Positions 61,249-64,000 of a stretch of 64,000 nucleotides of DNA are shown here, in pieces. A program made the translations under genes and the position numbers. The stretch comes from Bythopirellula sp. (GTDB lineage Bacteria > Planctomycetota > Planctomycetia > Pirellulales > Lacipirellulaceae). The notes under the pieces are model-generated. The model saw only the letters and a program-made list of their open reading frames with translations. It ran no database searches and was not told where the DNA came from. The DNA is taken from assembly GCA_965216565.1 (NCBI GenBank), contig OZ244170.1:2048001-2112000 (forward strand), given 5' to 3'. Positions within the stretch are counted from its first letter, which is position 1; every line of letters starts with the position of its first letter.

Positions 61249-61752
61249 TTATTTACTGGAGAGTTTCAGTTCTTTAAAATTGTCTTCGCCCGCTTTCACG
61301 TCGATGGTCAGTCCTGAAGATTTTGCGGTCGAGTACTTGGGAGGAATAGGAACTGTGCCCGGGGCAGGTTTCTCGCCCTCACCGAGTGGTATCGCAACAA
61401 CGGTAACGTTGTGAGTTCCGACCTGAGCACCATCATCAGCCTCATAAGTGCCGACAACAAATGAGCCATCCTGATTAATCACTCCCTTAGCCATCCGCCC
61501 CTTCGCCGGAACAATGTAAACGAATCCATTCGGCAAAGGCTTGCCATCTAGGGTAACCGTACCGCTTACCGGCGCCGTTTCCAACTCATGCGCATTTCCA
61601 CCACAGCCAACTACAAATAACAAGGTGGCCGATAAAGTCAGAACTTGACTCATCCTCGCAAGCCGTGCTGCCAGCTTGGTTTGAAGAAAAAGCGATTTGT
61701 ATGTCGGCGCCTGCTGCTGGTCACACACTTTTGTTTTTGTTTCCATTCTCAA
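61249..61752 (-). CDS. Carboxypeptidase-regulatory-like lipoprotein
   Basis: VVGC; APVSGTVTLDGKPL; DGAQVGTHNV; IPPKY...SGLT. Confidence 0.82.
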   Translation of the reverse strand: MRMETKTKVCDQQQAPTYKSLFLQTKLAARLARMSQVLTLSATLLFVVGCGGNAHELETAPVSGTVTLDGKPLPNGFVYIVPAKGRMAKGVINQDGSFVVGTYEADDGAQVGTHNVTVVAIPLGEGEKPAPGTVPIPPKYSTAKSSGLTIDVKAGEDNFKELKLSSK

Positions 61753-61832
61753 CTTCTTACTTTAAGAGATACCTATTAGTGAGAAACCAATCAACTGTTT
61801 AAGGGATAAAGGCAGTCTTCGGCAAAGCAGAG

Positions 61833-62936
61833 CTAATTGAAATCGGCAATCTCGCCTCCCTCACGGCTAGAGAGCATCATCAGAGTCTCCAATTCAACGT
61901 TTTCGCCGACAAATTGGACCGATCCGTCTGCCATTGCAAAGTGACATCCGCCTGGATGCTCAGACCCGAAACTTACGTCGTTGCGCGTGGTCTGTCTAAA
62001 TTCCAATGCGTTTAGCGGATTCGTCATGTTTCTTGCCGTATAGTAGAAGCTGCCTGATTTCCCAACCCACCAAGGCCTGGTGGTCTGAACATCCGGGTCG
62101 CCCCAAGCAGACTCGCCAATGAGAAAGGTATTGCTCGTACCATCGGTAATCTGTTGAAAAGAGACTTTATTGTCGGCAATAATAATGCCATTTTGTGCCA
62201 CTCTACCGGGACCATTCCCACTTGCGTTTCTGCATGTGGTACTAGTTGGAGAAGTAGTTTCCATGACTAGAGGACTTGAATCGTTGTCACAATAGTCAAT
62301 GAGTCGAGTTCCACCATAGTTGATGAGATTCGCACCCAGCACTGCTACGTAGTGAGTCGCTAAGTGTGACTCACGATTATAGGATCCTCCGTCGTGAGGA
62401 GATTGGCCAGAGCCAAACGGGTTCACCATTTGGAAGGGTTCGTAACTTGGACATTTAAACGTAGCGATTTCAGGCGTATGTAGCACCGAGGATAGTGGAT
62501 TTCCCGGCTCAGCAAGGGGCTGTTGGTACCAGAGCTTGGACTTGTCGATGGAATCATAGATAGTTCCGAGTTCAAGGTAGGGGAGAACAAAGGTAAGGTA
62601 TCCCCACTGATTGGCATGTTGGTGATTTAGGCTGGAGTCAAGTTTACTGCTTGAAGCTGGGAATTTGTTAGCAGCGACGGAATAGTTTTGACAGGCTAAC
62701 GAGACTTGTCTCATATGGTTCTGGCAGGTCATACGACGGGCCGCTTCTCGAGCCGCCTGCACCGCCGGAAGAAGCAGTGAAACCAGCACACCGATGATCG
62801 AAATCACAACCAGTAATTCTACGAGTGTAAAACCTCTGGGCATATTTGATCTAGCAGCGTGATGCTGCCCAGTAATGACTTTACTGCTATTGTCCCGCAC
62901 GGAGAGTCCTAGAAAAAATTTACGACTATGGATCAT
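61833..62936 (-). CDS. DUF1559 protein (start 62936 or downstream)
   Basis: [15 protein letters not shown]...; ITDGTSNT; HPGGCHFAMADGSV. Confidence 0.9.
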   Translation of the reverse strand: MIHSRKFFLGLSVRDNSSKVITGQHHAARSNMPRGFTLVELLVVISIIGVLVSLLLPAVQAAREAARRMTCQNHMRQVSLACQNYSVAANKFPASSSKLDSSLNHQHANQWGYLTFVLPYLELGTIYDSIDKSKLWYQQPLAEPGNPLSSVLHTPEIATFKCPSYEPFQMVNPFGSGQSPHDGGSYNRESHLATHYVAVLGANLINYGGTRLIDYCDNDSSPLVMETTSPTSTTCRNASGNGPGRVAQNGIIIADNKVSFQQITDGTSNTFLIGESAWGDPDVQTTRPWWVGKSGSFYYTARNMTNPLNALEFRQTTRNDVSFGSEHPGGCHFAMADGSVQFVGENVELETLMMLSSREGGEIADFN

Positions 62937-63169
62937 GATTCTTTGAATCCTATTTAGTGACTTCGCGTACCGGAATCGATGCCCTTCGAAACTCGAATTC
63001 CGCAAGAAATCTGGGGCCTTTTCTCGACAAGAACGATGGGGTCGCCCAATAAGCAAAGTGCCAACCAACCAGAAAGTAGCGATAGGAAACACGCATGATT
63101 GCAGCCACCATCAACCGCCAGAATCTACACAGTTAAGCTCGAGCACTCCACACTCGTTCTACTTTTCCT

Positions 63170-63194
63170 ACGTCAATTTACTGCCAGATTGGAC
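63170..63194 (-). promoter_or_regulatory. Putative ECF promoter, motif 2, for the DUF1559-lipoprotein-GH106 run
   Basis: GTCCA-N17-CGT. Confidence 0.6.
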
Positions 63195-63366
63195 AAAGAA
63201 AATCCTTGAAACCATGCATTTACAACTGTTAAAAGAAGCGTTTTGATCGGCTCAGAATACCCTTGCCATACAGTCTCCGGCTACTGAGCCTTGGCTCTGC
63301 CAGAAGCCCATCTAGCGACTCAGAAGGCATAAGAACGGGTTTCGCCTCTTTTTCTCTATTTTTTTA

Positions 63367-63391
63367 GTCCATTCTCTCGCATCTGGGGCGT
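63367..63391 (+). promoter_or_regulatory. Putative autoregulatory ECF promoter, motif 2
   Basis: GTCCA-N17-CGT ends 9 nt before the sigma ATG; no SD sequence seen, so possibly leaderless. Confidence 0.62.
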
Positions 63392-63400
63392 ATTTCTACG

Positions 63401-63952
63401 ATGTCAGATTCCACGAAAAAACCCGGCCCACCCGCTGATTCTCAGCGATACGAACTATTCGTCAAGCTCTTGCTAGAGCATGAGCCGAGTGTGCGTGCTT
63501 TCCTGCGTGGATTACTTCCAACTTGGCAGGATGTTGAAGAAGTCACCCAAGAAGCAAGCTTGGTGGCATGGCGGAAATTTTCTGAATTCGAAGAAGGCTC
63601 ATCATTCGGCGGCTGGTTGCTGACAATAGCTCGGTATGAAGCAATGAGTCATCGACGACGTCTGGCACGAACGCCAATGGTATTTTCCTCCGATGTTTGG
63701 GAACTCTTGGCATCAGAGGCGGCTAAGGAGGATTACAGCCTTTTGCGTCGCCAATATCTTGAAGATTGTCTAAAAAAACTGGATGCTACTAGTCGCGAGC
63801 TACTGATGAAAGTTTACTCCCCTGGCGTTGTGATGCGTGAAGTTGCAAAGCAATCGGGTAAGGGCGAGCAAGCATTTTATAAAGTCATTCAACGTTTGCG
63901 GTCCGCACTCCTGAAATGCATTTCGAAGGCCATGGCCAAGGAAGGTGTGTGA
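63401..63952 (+). CDS. ECF sigma-70 factor (Rhodopirellula/Verrucomicrobium type)
   Basis: DVEEVTQEASLVAWRKF..F..GSSFGGW...IARY; LEDCL..L; YKVIQRLRSALLKCI. Confidence 0.9.
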   Translation: MSDSTKKPGPPADSQRYELFVKLLLEHEPSVRAFLRGLLPTWQDVEEVTQEASLVAWRKFSEFEEGSSFGGWLLTIARYEAMSHRRRLARTPMVFSSDVWELLASEAAKEDYSLLRRQYLEDCLKKLDATSRELLMKVYSPGVVMREVAKQSGKGEQAFYKVIQRLRSALLKCISKAMAKEGV

Positions 63953-64000
63953 TGGCTGAAAGTAATATGAAACAAACAGAATTTGAAAATTTAATCGCGG
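63952..64000 (+). CDS. Start of probable anti-sigma gene (partial)
   Basis: TGATG overlap with the sigma stop; reads MAESNMKQTEFENLIA. The identity is inferred from position only. Confidence 0.4.
   Translation, partial: MAESNMKQTEFENLIA

Noticed and set aside
391..63246. Numerous overlapping antisense or alternative-frame ORFs (e.g. 1954-2802, 20513-21013, 10600-10818, 13802-14101)
   Set aside because: They are shadows of well-supported genes or translations of the repeats, with no recognisable motifs.

Overview
This 64-kb window looks planctomycete, most likely Pirellulales/Lacipirellulaceae. The evidence is four DUF1559 prepilin-like genes, a PSD1/DUF1501 pair, sulfatases and many PEP-CTERM proteins with GDFDxDGDVDGLDFLxWQ dockerin-like tails. 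No rRNA, tRNA, CRISPR array, transposase or integrase was seen. Five observations stand out. (1) At 31.2-37.6 kb, a divergent RpiR-associated cluster joins a KamA-like radical-SAM 2,3-aminomutase and a beta-amino-acid transaminase to pcaI/pcaJ/pcaF, with no ring-cleavage genes nearby. This suggests an uncharacterised route from an alpha-amino-dicarboxylate (best guess 2-aminoadipate) via the 3-amino acid to 3-oxoadipate. (2) At 10.5-13.9 kb, a mosaic of REP/MITE-like repeats brackets two PEP-CTERM genes (one sampled as AT-richer) and a VOC gene. It includes an empty-site-like junction and sits inside an ECF-sigma/DUF4331/DUF4394 locus. (3) Two candidate ECF promoter motifs are readable directly in the DNA: GCATCN-N16-CGTA (3 sites) and GTCYA-N17-CGT (8 sites). 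Each includes a site upstream of a local sigma gene. (4) At 38.4-64 kb there is a sulfated-polysaccharide utilisation region, in which four tandem surface proteins share five copies of an unrecognised ~190-aa domain. (5) Several gene remnants are present. All family assignments come from recalled motifs, not database searches.
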